Assembly (NCBI GenBank): GCA_043775845.1
Contig: JAYVRY010000069.1
Span: 17,568-81,567 of the forward strand
Length of the DNA stretch: 64,000 bases
Reading direction: 5' to 3'
Source of the DNA: Acidobacteriota bacterium
Lineage (GTDB): Bacteria > Acidobacteriota > Holophagae > Holophagales > Holophagaceae
Position 1 is the stretch's first letter; every line of letters begins with the position of its first letter. Below, one piece after another: positions 11,066 to 20,649 of this stretch. The notes beneath the pieces were generated by a model that worked only from the letters and a program-made list of their open reading frames with translations, was not told the DNA's origin and did no database searches. Position numbers and translations under genes: made by a program.

Positions 11066-11248
11066 CCGCTCGACTCAATTAACATCTCTTAACTTGCATA
11101 GTGGAGCTTGCGGCACGAAGCTGGTTCTCTCACCCCACTTCTTTCCCTCATGCTCCGGATCCACGTCAAACAGGATCCAGGAGTCGCCGTTTCGGTTGGA
11201 AGAGCCGGGAGGGCATCGCCTCCTTCTTCCCTCAGTAAGGAGCCATTC

Positions 11249-13654
11249 ATGGCTAAGCACGGACTTGTACGCAGCGCGCTCGCCTTGGCGATGATCGCTG
11301 GAGCTTTCACCGCCTCCGCCGGCACCAAAGTCTTCAGCCAGCAAGGCATGATCGGCGTCGATGAATCCTCACGACTCGAGCGGGTTCCCGGTACCAACCG
11401 GCTGTCTCTCGCCATCGGCCTGCCCCTGCGCAACCAGCCTGAACTGGCGGCCCTTCGCGCCCAGCTCCACAACCCCGTGAGCCCGAACTACCATCAGTGG
11501 CTCACGCCCGAAGAATTCACCAGCCGCTTCGGTCCCACCGAAGCCGACTACGCACGCCTGCAGGCATGGATGACCGCCAAGGGTCTCCACATCACCCAGA
11601 CCCACGCCAATCGCCTGGTGCTGAACGTGGAAGGCTCCGTGGCCAACATCGAAAAGGCCCTCAGCCTCCAGATGCACGAGTACCAACACCGCGTTTCCGG
11701 CGACACGTTCCATGCTCCGGACCGCGCGCCCTCCATGGACATCGATGTGGAAGTGTCCAATATCCATGGCATCAACAACCTGCTGAAGCCCGTGCCCCGG
11801 TTGAAGAAGGCCGATCTCGCCGTGGTTCACGCTGGTTCGGGAACGGGCGGCACCTACATCGGCAAGGACTTCCGTGCGGCCTACGCCAATGGCGTGGCCG
11901 CCTCCACCACGGGCGCAGGCCAGGGCATCGCCCTCCTCGAGTTCAGCAACTACTACGCCGTGGATCCCGCCAACTACTGGGCGGATGCGGGCATGACCGC
12001 CCCCGCGCTCACCAATGTCGGCGCAGCGACCTCCAACCCGGGCAACGGCAACAACGCCTACTTCGGCCAGGACGAAGTCTCCCTCGATATCGAGATCGCG
12101 GGCGCCCTGGCGCCGGGCGCCCACCTCTACGTCTACGCGGGCGATGATTCCTACACCATCCTGAACCGCATCGTGTCCGACAACCTCTGCAAGCAGGTGG
12201 GCGTGTCGTGGGGCTGGGCCACCAACGCCATGACCAAGCAGACCGATATCGACACCACCGAGGATGCCATCTACCAGCAGATGGATGCCCAGGGCATCGC
12301 CGTCTTCGTGGCCGCGGGCGACAGCGGAACGTGGACCACCTCCCAATGGGGCCAGAGCACCAGCTCTTCCAGCTACAACCCCATCCACCCAGCTGACATC
12401 CCCTACATCACCTCGGTGGGCGGCACGAACCTCAGCACCAGTTCTGCCGCTGGCCCCTGGTCCAACGAGACCGTCTGGAGCAGCGGCGGCGGCGGCTACA
12501 GCCACCGCTATGCCCTGCCCACCTGGCAGAACGGCGTGAGCTGGTCCAGCATCAGCGGCGCCTCCACGCTGCAGCGCAACTGCCCCGACGTGGCCGCCAT
12601 CGCCTCCAGCGTATACGTGGACAGCGGCAACGGAAGCAGGGGCCAGAATTTCGGCGGCACCAGCTGCGCCGCCCCGCTCTGGGCTGCCTTCACGGCCCTC
12701 ACCAATCAGTACGCTTTGGCCAACGGCAAGCCCATCGTGGGCTTCATCAACCCGATCCTCTACAGCATCGGCACGGGCTCCAGCTACGCGACCTCCATGC
12801 ATGACGTGAAATCGGGCAGCGATGGCCTTCCGGCCGCCACGGGCTTCGACATGGCCACCGGCTGGGGGGCGCCCAATGGCCAAGCCACCATCAATGCCCT
12901 GGTGGGCACGGTCACTCCCATCAACACCGTCACCGCCACCATCAGCGCCCCTGCGTCCAACCTGACCGTGGCCACCGGCACCGCCGTGAGCTTCGTCGGC
13001 TCCGCCACCGACAGCTCCAGCACGGCCACGCTGACCTACGGCTGGACCTTCGGTGATGGCTCCACCGCCACCGGCACCTCCGCCAGCCACACCTACACCA
13101 ACTCAGGAACGTCCGCTGTCAACTACACGGCCACCTTCACAGCCACGGACAACACCGGCGCCAAGGGCACCGCCACCCGCACCATCACCGTGAACCCCAT
13201 CGGAAACGAGAAGGTTCTCAATGGCGGGTTCGAGTCTGGTTCCACCAGCTGGACCGGCACCACAGGTGACATTGGCACTTTCACGGGCCAGCCCGCTCAT
13301 GCCGGCACCAAGGATTGCTGGCTCCAGGGCAATGGAAGCACCTCCAGCGAAAGCATCTCTCAGGCCTCCATCGCGGTACCCGCCTCGGGCGCCACGCTGA
13401 GCTTCTACCTCCACATCGACACCGCCGAGACCACCACCACCACCGTGTATGACACCATGAAGGTGCAAATCATCAGCGGTTCCACCACCACGACCCTGGC
13501 AACCTACAGCAACCTGAACAAGGCTTCAGGGTATGCGCTGAAGACCTTCAACCTCGCCGCTTTCGCCGGCAAGACCATCACACTGAAGTTCCTCGGCTCC
13601 GAAGACAGCAGCCTGCAAACCTCCTTCGTCATCGATGATGTGAGCGTCAAGTAG
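11249..13654 (+). CDS. Secreted S53 (sedolisin/kumamolisin) protease with activation prodomain, PKD and the shared C-terminal domain
   Basis: [16 protein letters not shown] prodomain, [24 protein letters not shown]; AAGGAG RBS. Confidence 0.92.
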   Translation: MAKHGLVRSALALAMIAGAFTASAGTKVFSQQGMIGVDESSRLERVPGTNRLSLAIGLPLRNQPELAALRAQLHNPVSPNYHQWLTPEEFTSRFGPTEADYARLQAWMTAKGLHITQTHANRLVLNVEGSVANIEKALSLQMHEYQHRVSGDTFHAPDRAPSMDIDVEVSNIHGINNLLKPVPRLKKADLAVVHAGSGTGGTYIGKDFRAAYANGVAASTTGAGQGIALLEFSNYYAVDPANYWADAGMTAPALTNVGAATSNPGNGNNAYFGQDEVSLDIEIAGALAPGAHLYVYAGDDSYTILNRIVSDNLCKQVGVSWGWATNAMTKQTDIDTTEDAIYQQMDAQGIAVFVAAGDSGTWTTSQWGQSTSSSSYNPIHPADIPYITSVGGTNLSTSSAAGPWSNETVWSSGGGGYSHRYALPTWQNGVSWSSISGASTLQRNCPDVAAIASSVYVDSGNGSRGQNFGGTSCAAPLWAAFTALTNQYALANGKPIVGFINPILYSIGTGSSYATSMHDVKSGSDGLPAATGFDMATGWGAPNGQATINALVGTVTPINTVTATISAPASNLTVATGTAVSFVGSATDSSSTATLTYGWTFGDGSTATGTSASHTYTNSGTSAVNYTATFTATDNTGAKGTATRTITVNPIGNEKVLNGGFESGSTSWTGTTGDIGTFTGQPAHAGTKDCWLQGNGSTSSESISQASIAVPASGATLSFYLHIDTAETTTTTVYDTMKVQIISGSTTTTLATYSNLNKASGYALKTFNLAAFAGKTITLKFLGSEDSSLQTSFVIDDVSVK
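13185..13654 (+). repeat. Copy 2 of the 470-bp direct repeat
   Basis: Ungapped match to 10522-10991. Confidence 0.95.
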
Positions 13655-13684
13655 TAATCACCAGACTTCGACACGTGACGTGTC

Positions 13685-13732
13685 GACAATCGACAAACAG
13701 GGCCACGCGCGTGGCCCTGTTTGTCGATTGTC
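13685..13732. terminator. Perfect 48-bp palindrome, likely a bidirectional terminator
   Basis: gacaatcgacaaacagggccacgc|gcgtggccctgtttgtcgattgtc between convergent genes. Confidence 0.8.
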
Positions 13733-13755
13733 ATCCATGCAGAACCGGAAGCGAT

Positions 13756-14130
13756 TTAGGAGGCGGCGCTGGACCCCGCGATGTGGACCTCGATGCCTGC
13801 CACATCCCGTTTCCGGGTGCTCCAGACCAGCCAACCCGACCAGGCCGTGAAGAGGGCCACGCCCGCCAGGATGCCCGCCAGGCGGGACCAGGGTTCTCCG
13901 TAGGCCAGACGCTCCTGCACCCGCAGCCAGGTCATGAAGGCCCATACCAGCGAAGCCAAGCCCATCACCACAGTCATCACACCCCGCATCTCCCGCCAGG
14001 GCACCATGAGCGCGACCATGAGCATGAGCGTGAGCGGCACGATCATGATCAAGGGAAAACCTAGCCGCATGAAGAGCGCGGCGATCAGCAGCAGGGCAAG
14101 CTGGGCGGGAAGGATGCGCAGGAAGGACAC
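13756..14130 (-). CDS. Small integral membrane protein (about 4 TM), unknown function
   Basis: Hydrophobic helices; GTG start with GGAG RBS, downstream of recN. Confidence 0.65.
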   Translation of the reverse strand: MSFLRILPAQLALLLIAALFMRLGFPLIMIVPLTLMLMVALMVPWREMRGVMTVVMGLASLVWAFMTWLRVQERLAYGEPWSRLAGILAGVALFTAWSGWLVWSTRKRDVAGIEVHIAGSSAAS

Positions 14131-14211
14131 GGGGACTCCGGCAGACCATAAATCATACTGATTCGTCTGAATTACCGAGATCACAACCCGGATGCCTTTC
14201 AGTTACTGGAT

Positions 14212-15894
14212 TTAACCTTCCAGCAAGACCTTGGCATGCTCCAGCGCTTCGGCGCGATCCGGGTGACCCGACAGCAGCCGCGCCAGCTCGCGGTTCCGGG
14301 CCTCGCCGGTCACCCAGCCCATGGCGCTGCGGGTTCGGCCCCCTTCGGTCTCCTTGTGCAGGCGCCCATGCCGGTCCGCCCGGGCCGCCACCTGGGCCAG
14401 GTGCGTCACGGCCAGCACCTGGTGGGCCCGGCCCAGCTCGGCCACGGCCTTGCCCACGGCCAGGGCGGTCTCGCCCCCCAGGCCGGAATCCACTTCATCC
14501 AGCACCAGGGTGAGGCCTTCCCGCACGCCTTCTCCCAGCGCCAAGCCCGCACCTACCAGAGCCAGCATGAGGCGGCTCAGCTCGCCGCCCGAGGCGATTT
14601 TCGCGAGCGGCCGGAAGCCTTCGCCTGGATTCGGCTCGATCCAGATGGCCAGAGCCGAAAACCCTTGGGCGGCCACGCGCACGGAACGGCCGCTCTGCTG
14701 CACCGGACTGCCGGGCTCTTCGGCCAGGGCGAGGCGCAGCTGGATGCGTGCGCCCTTCATGCCCAGGTGGCCCAGGCGCTTTTGCACCTCGGCCTCCAAC
14801 TTGGGAATGGCCGCCGTGCGCAGCCCGTGAAGGGTTTCGGCCCCGGTTCGATAGGTCTCGGCCACCTTGGCCAGGGCCCGTTCCAGATCCTTGATGGAGG
14901 CATCACCGGAAAGCAGGGCCCGCTGTTCGTCCCGCAGCAGCTGCATGCGTCCCGGCAGGTCCTCCGGCTCGCAGCGCTGACGGCGGGCCAGACGCTCGTA
15001 CTGGGCCAGGCGCGCCTCCATGGCCTCGATGCGATCGGCACCCGCTCCGGCCCAGCGCTGAGCCTGATCCTGGGCCAGGGCCAGCAGATCCTCCAGCTCC
15101 AGCACGGCCGAACGCAACCGGTCCTGCTCCGGGGCGGCATCGGGCCAGTGGGCCACGGCACGCATGAGGGCCTTGTGGGCCAGCTCCACCTGGGGCACAC
15201 CTTCGTTCAGCGCCTCGGCCGCCTCACGGAAGGCCTGTTCCAGATGCACGGCATGACGCAGGGGCTCGCGGTCTTCCTTGAGCTGGGCCCATTCACCCAA
15301 CTTCGGAGCCAACTTATCCAGATCCGCCAGGGCCTCAGCCAGCTGCTCCAGGCGCTGCTCCCGTTCGGCCGCGCTGCGTCGCCGGGCTTTCAGGGCGCTC
15401 TCGGCCTCCCGCACGGCCGCGGCTTCGGTTTCCAGGCAGGGCGCGATGCCCAGCACTTCATCGATGAGGGTCAGGTGCCGATCCTCGCCCAGCAACGACT
15501 GATGATCGTGCTGGCTGGTGAGCCGCATCCAAAGGCGGCCGGCTTCTCGAAGATCAGCCAGGGAACAACTCGCCCCGTTGATCCAGGCGCGGCTGCGACC
15601 CGAGCCCACTTCGCGGCGCAGCACCACGGGCTGTTCCTCAGGCAGGCCACGCTCCATCAGAAAAGCCTGCCAAGCCTCGAAGCGGCCCTCCACCACGGCC
15701 TCCACCGTGGCCCGGTCTGAGCCGTGGCGCACCAGTTCCGCATCCCCGCGGGCGCCCACCAGCAGCGACAGCGCGTCCACCAGCAGGGACTTGCCCGCTC
15801 CGGTCTCGCCCGTGAGCACCGTGAAGCCCGGCCCCCATTCGAGGGTCAGGTCTTCCACCAAGGCCAGGTTTTGAATGCGGAGCGAGGAGAGCAT
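14212..15894 (-). CDS. recN: DNA repair protein RecN
   Basis: LTGETGAGKS Walker A, ASGGELSR signature, LVLDEVD Walker B, VTHL. Confidence 0.95.
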   Translation of the reverse strand: MLSSLRIQNLALVEDLTLEWGPGFTVLTGETGAGKSLLVDALSLLVGARGDAELVRHGSDRATVEAVVEGRFEAWQAFLMERGLPEEQPVVLRREVGSGRSRAWINGASCSLADLREAGRLWMRLTSQHDHQSLLGEDRHLTLIDEVLGIAPCLETEAAAVREAESALKARRRSAAEREQRLEQLAEALADLDKLAPKLGEWAQLKEDREPLRHAVHLEQAFREAAEALNEGVPQVELAHKALMRAVAHWPDAAPEQDRLRSAVLELEDLLALAQDQAQRWAGAGADRIEAMEARLAQYERLARRQRCEPEDLPGRMQLLRDEQRALLSGDASIKDLERALAKVAETYRTGAETLHGLRTAAIPKLEAEVQKRLGHLGMKGARIQLRLALAEEPGSPVQQSGRSVRVAAQGFSALAIWIEPNPGEGFRPLAKIASGGELSRLMLALVGAGLALGEGVREGLTLVLDEVDSGLGGETALAVGKAVAELGRAHQVLAVTHLAQVAARADRHGRLHKETEGGRTRSAMGWVTGEARNRELARLLSGHPDRAEALEHAKVLLEG

Positions 15895-15986
15895 GGGATC
15901 AGTCTATATGGTCTTCATCCATGTCAGGATCGACCCAACCAGCCGATTGACATGAGCGGGCCCACAAGCCTGTGAGGGGTAAACAG

Positions 15987-17555
15987 ATGTTGCTGAAGCC
16001 CATTCCTCACCGCATTGGATTCTTGATCACCGTGTTGCTGACCTTGTCCACAGGTTGCCGAGTGGCATCGCGGGTAGAACGACGCAAGCCCTCTTGGGCG
16101 GCGAACCTGTCTGCCTTCGATGGGGATATACGTGAACTCCAGTCGGCCATGGCCATTCCCGGACTGGCCTATGTCATCGTCCAGGATGGCGTGGTGGTGG
16201 CTTCAAAGGCCTACGGAACCATGCAGGGGTCTGCCACTGAGGCCTTCACGACCACCTCGCCCTTGCGCTTGGCATCCATCACCAAATCGTTCACAGCCGT
16301 GGTGGCCATGCAGTTGGTGGAGGAGGGGCGATTGGATCTGGAAGCCCCTGCACACCGGTACGCCCCGGGCTTGGCCGTTTCGGACGATGTGCTCGTGCGG
16401 CACCTGTTGACCCACACCTCCGAGAGCAACCTCGGCGAAGAGTTCGTCTACAGCAGCACACGCTTCGCGATGCTGGGCTCCGTCATCGAGACCATCACGG
16501 GGAACCCGCTGGAGCAGGTGTTTCGAGAGCGTGTGCAAAACCGGGCTGGGATGAAGGCCTACCCCTCGCCCTCACTGGGCGCCCAAGGAGGATTGGTATC
16601 GACGGTCGACGACATGGCCACCTATCTTGTGGGCCTCGATCGGGGTCTGCTGCTTCGCCCTGCTTCCGTGGAGCGGCTCAGCCAACCTTCCCGTTCTGCA
16701 AGCGGAGCGACCCTTCCCATCAGCCTGGGTTGGTTTGCGCAGGACGTGCAAGGGAGGCGAGTGGTGTGGAGCTTCGGCCAGGATGCTCTAAAACATTCAG
16801 GAGCCCTGCTGCTGCGGCTACCCGAGCGCAGACTCTCTCTCTTTCTGTTGGCCAATGCCAATGTGGTGAGCGATGCCTTTCGGCTGCTGATGGGCGATGT
16901 GGCCAAGTCACCTTTCGCCATGAGCTATTTGCGGCTCTTTGCCTTTTCAGAACCGGGCTCCCCCCTTCCCCGCCCGGCTTGGGATGGTCCGGATCTCCCC
17001 CAGGAAGTGGCACGGCTGGAGCGCCAAACCTCGTACAGGTACAGCGACGAACTGCTCGGGCGGGCCCTGGTCGATCTCTGGCGCGAACGAACCACCCAGG
17101 CGCAACAAAAATTTGAGTTTGCTTCCTTGCGCTACGGGGCCTTCGGGAAGCCGGACCCGGTTCTTCATTTCGCCACCTCGCGCCTGCCCGACGCCCACAT
17201 GAAGCAGGCGGCCATCCGGATGGGGGGATCGCTGCTTTCCCAACACCCCCGCAACCGCTGGATGCTGTTGGCCCAGGGCTACCTGCTTCAACAGCAAGAT
17301 CGGCTGAACGAATCGGCGGTGTGCTTCCAGCGCATCCTGGATCTGCCCAACCAGGAGCCCGACGACCTGAACCGGCTCTTCAAGGCCTGGAGTTGGATGG
17401 CGCTGGCTCAAGCGAGCGCCCCATCCAATCCGGCGGAGGCCCGCCTTTACCTCGACAAGGTCATCGCCAGCGGAGTGGATGAAGACGTGCTGCAAGAGGC
17501 GCAGAACCTTCGGCTGACCTTGGCCAAACCACCTTCTCCACACCCTGTGAAATGA
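15987..17555 (+). CDS. Beta-lactamase-family serine hydrolase with C-terminal TPR-like region (possible lipoprotein)
   Basis: LASITK (SxxK), HLLTHTS, FVYSS; LSTGC possible lipobox; helical repeats at the C-terminus. Confidence 0.8.
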   Translation: MLLKPIPHRIGFLITVLLTLSTGCRVASRVERRKPSWAANLSAFDGDIRELQSAMAIPGLAYVIVQDGVVVASKAYGTMQGSATEAFTTTSPLRLASITKSFTAVVAMQLVEEGRLDLEAPAHRYAPGLAVSDDVLVRHLLTHTSESNLGEEFVYSSTRFAMLGSVIETITGNPLEQVFRERVQNRAGMKAYPSPSLGAQGGLVSTVDDMATYLVGLDRGLLLRPASVERLSQPSRSASGATLPISLGWFAQDVQGRRVVWSFGQDALKHSGALLLRLPERRLSLFLLANANVVSDAFRLLMGDVAKSPFAMSYLRLFAFSEPGSPLPRPAWDGPDLPQEVARLERQTSYRYSDELLGRALVDLWRERTTQAQQKFEFASLRYGAFGKPDPVLHFATSRLPDAHMKQAAIRMGGSLLSQHPRNRWMLLAQGYLLQQQDRLNESAVCFQRILDLPNQEPDDLNRLFKAWSWMALAQASAPSNPAEARLYLDKVIASGVDEDVLQEAQNLRLTLAKPPSPHPVK

Positions 17556-17559
17556 GGCC

Positions 17560-18210
17560 CTAAAACTGGAAATGGGTCGCCAGCTTCCACCCCTTCTCGG
17601 CGGGTAGCAACACGCACTGCCCCCGGCGCAGACCTCGCCCCCGCGCTGCTTGCCGACGGTGAGAGTGGCATAGGAGCCACTGCCGATATTCACGCGTAAT
17701 CCGCCGTTCAGCATGTGCCGCCAGGGGGAAGGATTCTCGGGCAGGTTCACCTGGGAGCTGTACTGCTGGGTGATGAAGAGGGAGCCCTTGGCGGCGCGGG
17801 AGGTCTGGAGGGTGAGATCCCACTGGCTGTAGCCGGGGCGGCGACGTTCGTTGCCCGAGAGTTCCAGACTCCACGACGGCGTGGTGCGCCAGGCCAGGGT
17901 GGCATCCGTGCGCTTTTCGAGGTAGTTCCCCGTGACGGGATGGACACTCTTCAGGCCGTAGGTGGGGAGCGTTGTTCAGTTCGTTGTCCAGGTGACGGTA
18001 GCGCTTGACCTCTCCTTGCACCATCCAGCCGCTGCGGTGAAAGGTGAGGCAGCCATAGTGCCCCGTGCCATGCGTGGGATCCGTGGGCCGGGGCCAGGGC
18101 AGGTACCAGTCCCCCCGTTCCTGCTGTTGGTACTGGGTCTGGGCTGATTCGGCGTAGTAGTCCAGACCGCCGAAGAGGTCCACACCGGAGAGGCTCGCGG
18201 AAGAATGAGA
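17560..18210 (-). pseudogene. Frameshifted, 5'-truncated remnant of an outer-membrane beta-barrel protein (DUF6029-like)
   Basis: Joining frames at about 17965 and 17620 gives ...LNNAPTYGL...YATLTVGKQRGGEVCAGGQCVLLPAEKGWKLATHFQF* with terminal Phe. Confidence 0.55.
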
Positions 18211-18223
18211 GGCCCGTGGCCAC

Positions 18224-19912
18224 TCATTCTTCACGCTTGGGCACGCTGGCCGGCAGCTCCAGGAAAAAGGTGGAACCTTGACCGGGACCAGCGCTCTCCG
18301 CTCGAACGTGTCCGCCGTGGCGTTCGGCCAGTTGCCGCACGATGGAAAGCCCCATGCCATGGGACGCCTCGCCCCCGGTGGGGCGCGCCGACAGGCACGT
18401 GAATGCCTGGAACATCTGCCCCAGATCTTCCGCGGTGAGCCCCGGCCCCTGGTCCACGATGGCGCAGCGCAGCCAAGCCGCGCCCTCCATCTGGAAGGGC
18501 TCACAAAAGACGCGGATGAGGCTGTTGCGAGGTGAGTACTTCACGGCGTTGTTCAGCAGGTTGTCGAGGCAATCCCGCACGCGATCCGCGTCCAACAGGG
18601 CCGGCGGTGTGGGTTCAAGCATCGCTTCGATGGACTGCCCCTTTTTCTGGGCCTGGTAGCCTCCGGCTTCGACCGCGTCCGCCACCTGAGCGGAAAAGTC
18701 ACAAGGGCCTACGCAGAGCACGAGGCGGCCCGCCTCCAGGGCCGCCCGGTCCAGCAGGCCAGACACCAGTCGCACCATACGATCGGCGGCCGTGGTGATC
18801 TTGCCCGCCATGATCGCCGCCGCCGCGACATCCTTCTGCCAGCCGATCATTTCGGCAAAGCCCTTGATGGCCTGAAGGGGACTGCGAAGATCATGGGCGG
18901 CTATGGCCAGGAAGCGATCCTTCACCGCGTTGGCCTGAACCAGTTCCACGTTGCGCAGCCGGTAGATCTCCTCTTGCTGGCGGGAGCGTTCCAGCTGGGT
19001 CCGTCGTTCGATGCCCAGGGCCATCTGGGCGGCGCCCTGGTGCATCACCGTGGCGCGAAGATCCCCATGCCGACGGAGGGCATTTAAGGCCGCGACCGGA
19101 TTGCCGTGCGCTTCCCAGATCCTCGACAGGATGTCATAGGCCCGGCAGGCCTCCCCCAGGGCACCCAATTCCAGGAGCCTCGCAAGAGCTGGTTCTGCGA
19201 CATGCAGGGCGGTCTCCGGCTGACCACGACTCAACTCCACTTCAGCCAGGCTGAGGCCGGTGACGGCCTCCACGTAGAGGTCGCCACTCTGTTTCGCCAA
19301 CGCCAGGCTGCGATGGAAGCAGTCGACGGACTCTGCCTGATGGCCCGACTGGCACACCACCGTTCCGAGATCTGACCAGGCGATGGCCAGGCCCTGAAGG
19401 TCACCCAGGTCCTGCCTGATCTGCAGGCTTTCCCGGCAGTGGGCTTCGGCGGTGTCGAAGCGCCCCAGGCGGCTCAACGCCAGGCCCAGGTTGCCAAGCA
19501 CGTAGGCGGCCCCGCCCTGATCGCCGCGCTCCCGGTGCAAGGCCAGGGCGGCCTCGTAGGGCGCCAACGCCTGTTCGGCTTCGCCCAGTTGCCGATGGAT
19601 GTTGCCCATCCAGTTCAAAGCCGAGGCCTCGCCGCCGGCATCCCCCGCCCCGCGAAACTGGTCCAGGGCGATCATGGCGTGTTCCAGGGAACTCTCGTAA
19701 CTGCCCAGGTAAAAATTGGCCATGGCCTCAGCCATATGCGCCCGGGCCAACGCCACGGGCTCAGCCATGGTTTCGGCCAGGGTCAGGGCGTCATCTGCCA
19801 TGGCCAGAGAAACCTGGGGCTGCGCCAACCGAGTCGACCAGGCCGCCTTCAACAACGCCTCAAGCCTCCCCGGAGGCAGCGCCGTTCCTGAGACCAGAGT
19901 GTGACGGTGCAT
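18224..19912 (-). CDS. Cytoplasmic TPR-repeat sensor histidine kinase
   Basis: Several TPRs (ASALNWMGNIH, AYVLGNLG), AHDLRSPL H-box, NLLNNAVKYS, DQGPG, GMGLSI; no TM. Confidence 0.9.
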   Translation of the reverse strand: MHRHTLVSGTALPPGRLEALLKAAWSTRLAQPQVSLAMADDALTLAETMAEPVALARAHMAEAMANFYLGSYESSLEHAMIALDQFRGAGDAGGEASALNWMGNIHRQLGEAEQALAPYEAALALHRERGDQGGAAYVLGNLGLALSRLGRFDTAEAHCRESLQIRQDLGDLQGLAIAWSDLGTVVCQSGHQAESVDCFHRSLALAKQSGDLYVEAVTGLSLAEVELSRGQPETALHVAEPALARLLELGALGEACRAYDILSRIWEAHGNPVAALNALRRHGDLRATVMHQGAAQMALGIERRTQLERSRQQEEIYRLRNVELVQANAVKDRFLAIAAHDLRSPLQAIKGFAEMIGWQKDVAAAAIMAGKITTAADRMVRLVSGLLDRAALEAGRLVLCVGPCDFSAQVADAVEAGGYQAQKKGQSIEAMLEPTPPALLDADRVRDCLDNLLNNAVKYSPRNSLIRVFCEPFQMEGAAWLRCAIVDQGPGLTAEDLGQMFQAFTCLSARPTGGEASHGMGLSIVRQLAERHGGHVRAESAGPGQGSTFFLELPASVPKREE

Positions 19913-20180
19913 GCGGGACCCTGAAAGTCGGAAAGCGGGGGCTCGGGATGGGCTCCCTCGGGAATTCCATTGAATCGGCAGCGACCCGACGAATCTGAAG
20001 CCCCCGGGGGGGGGGCCGAACCCCGCCCACCCAGGAACCCACTCATGAACAGCTCCCGCCGGGTGCCCGTTCGGGACTATGGAAACCACCGTTCGGCGGT
20101 TTTCCTAGTCCACGTTCACGATCCGCTGTTCCATGGAGGGCTGCTTCTTCCACCCAGTCCAAATAGAGGAGAATCCCGCC

Positions 20181-20555
20181 ATGGAAAGGACTCTTTACGA
20201 CGCTGAAGGTAGCCCAGTGGCCTATATCGCCGATGATGGCCAACGCACCATCTGCCTCTGGGATGGGGATGCCGTCGCCTACATTGATGAGCGCCTTGAC
20301 TGCTATGGGTGGAATGGACAGTACCTGGGTTGGATTGAAGATAGCGTCCTCTTCGATACCCAAGGCCAGTCCGTGGGCTTCATGAAGTCAAGCCATGCGG
20401 CACCTTCCTTCGCCGAGCCCATGAAACGGCCAAAGATCGTCAAACACTCCAAATTCGCCAAGTCCCCCGCCGGTTCCCGGCCCGCCAGAAGAGAGGGGCA
20501 CAGCAGCCAGGCCCTGGCGGATTTCCTGCGGACAGGTGCTGTGGATTCCATCTAG
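20181..20555 (+). CDS. Small repeat protein, 4-fold beta-flower-like
   Basis: Four YDxxGxxVAY/LGW-type repeats; GAGGAG RBS. Confidence 0.65.
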   Translation: MERTLYDAEGSPVAYIADDGQRTICLWDGDAVAYIDERLDCYGWNGQYLGWIEDSVLFDTQGQSVGFMKSSHAAPSFAEPMKRPKIVKHSKFAKSPAGSRPARREGHSSQALADFLRTGAVDSI

Positions 20556-20649
20556 TCACAGCGTTTGATCCAGCAGGAGTGCCGCTCGAAATGGCCTCCC
20601 GACCGCCCAGGGCCTGTTCCCCAGTCATACTGGCCTCTGGAGGATCCCC

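Noticed and set aside
10522-13654. Diversity-generating retroelement (TR/VR pair) as explanation of the 470-bp repeat
   Set aside because: Both copies are coding; mismatches are mostly synonymous and not confined to adenines; no reverse transcriptase in the window
17560-18504. 314-aa ORF as a genuine gene
   Set aside because: It overlaps the kinase 3' end out of frame, and only parts look protein-like; better explained as pseudogene fragments
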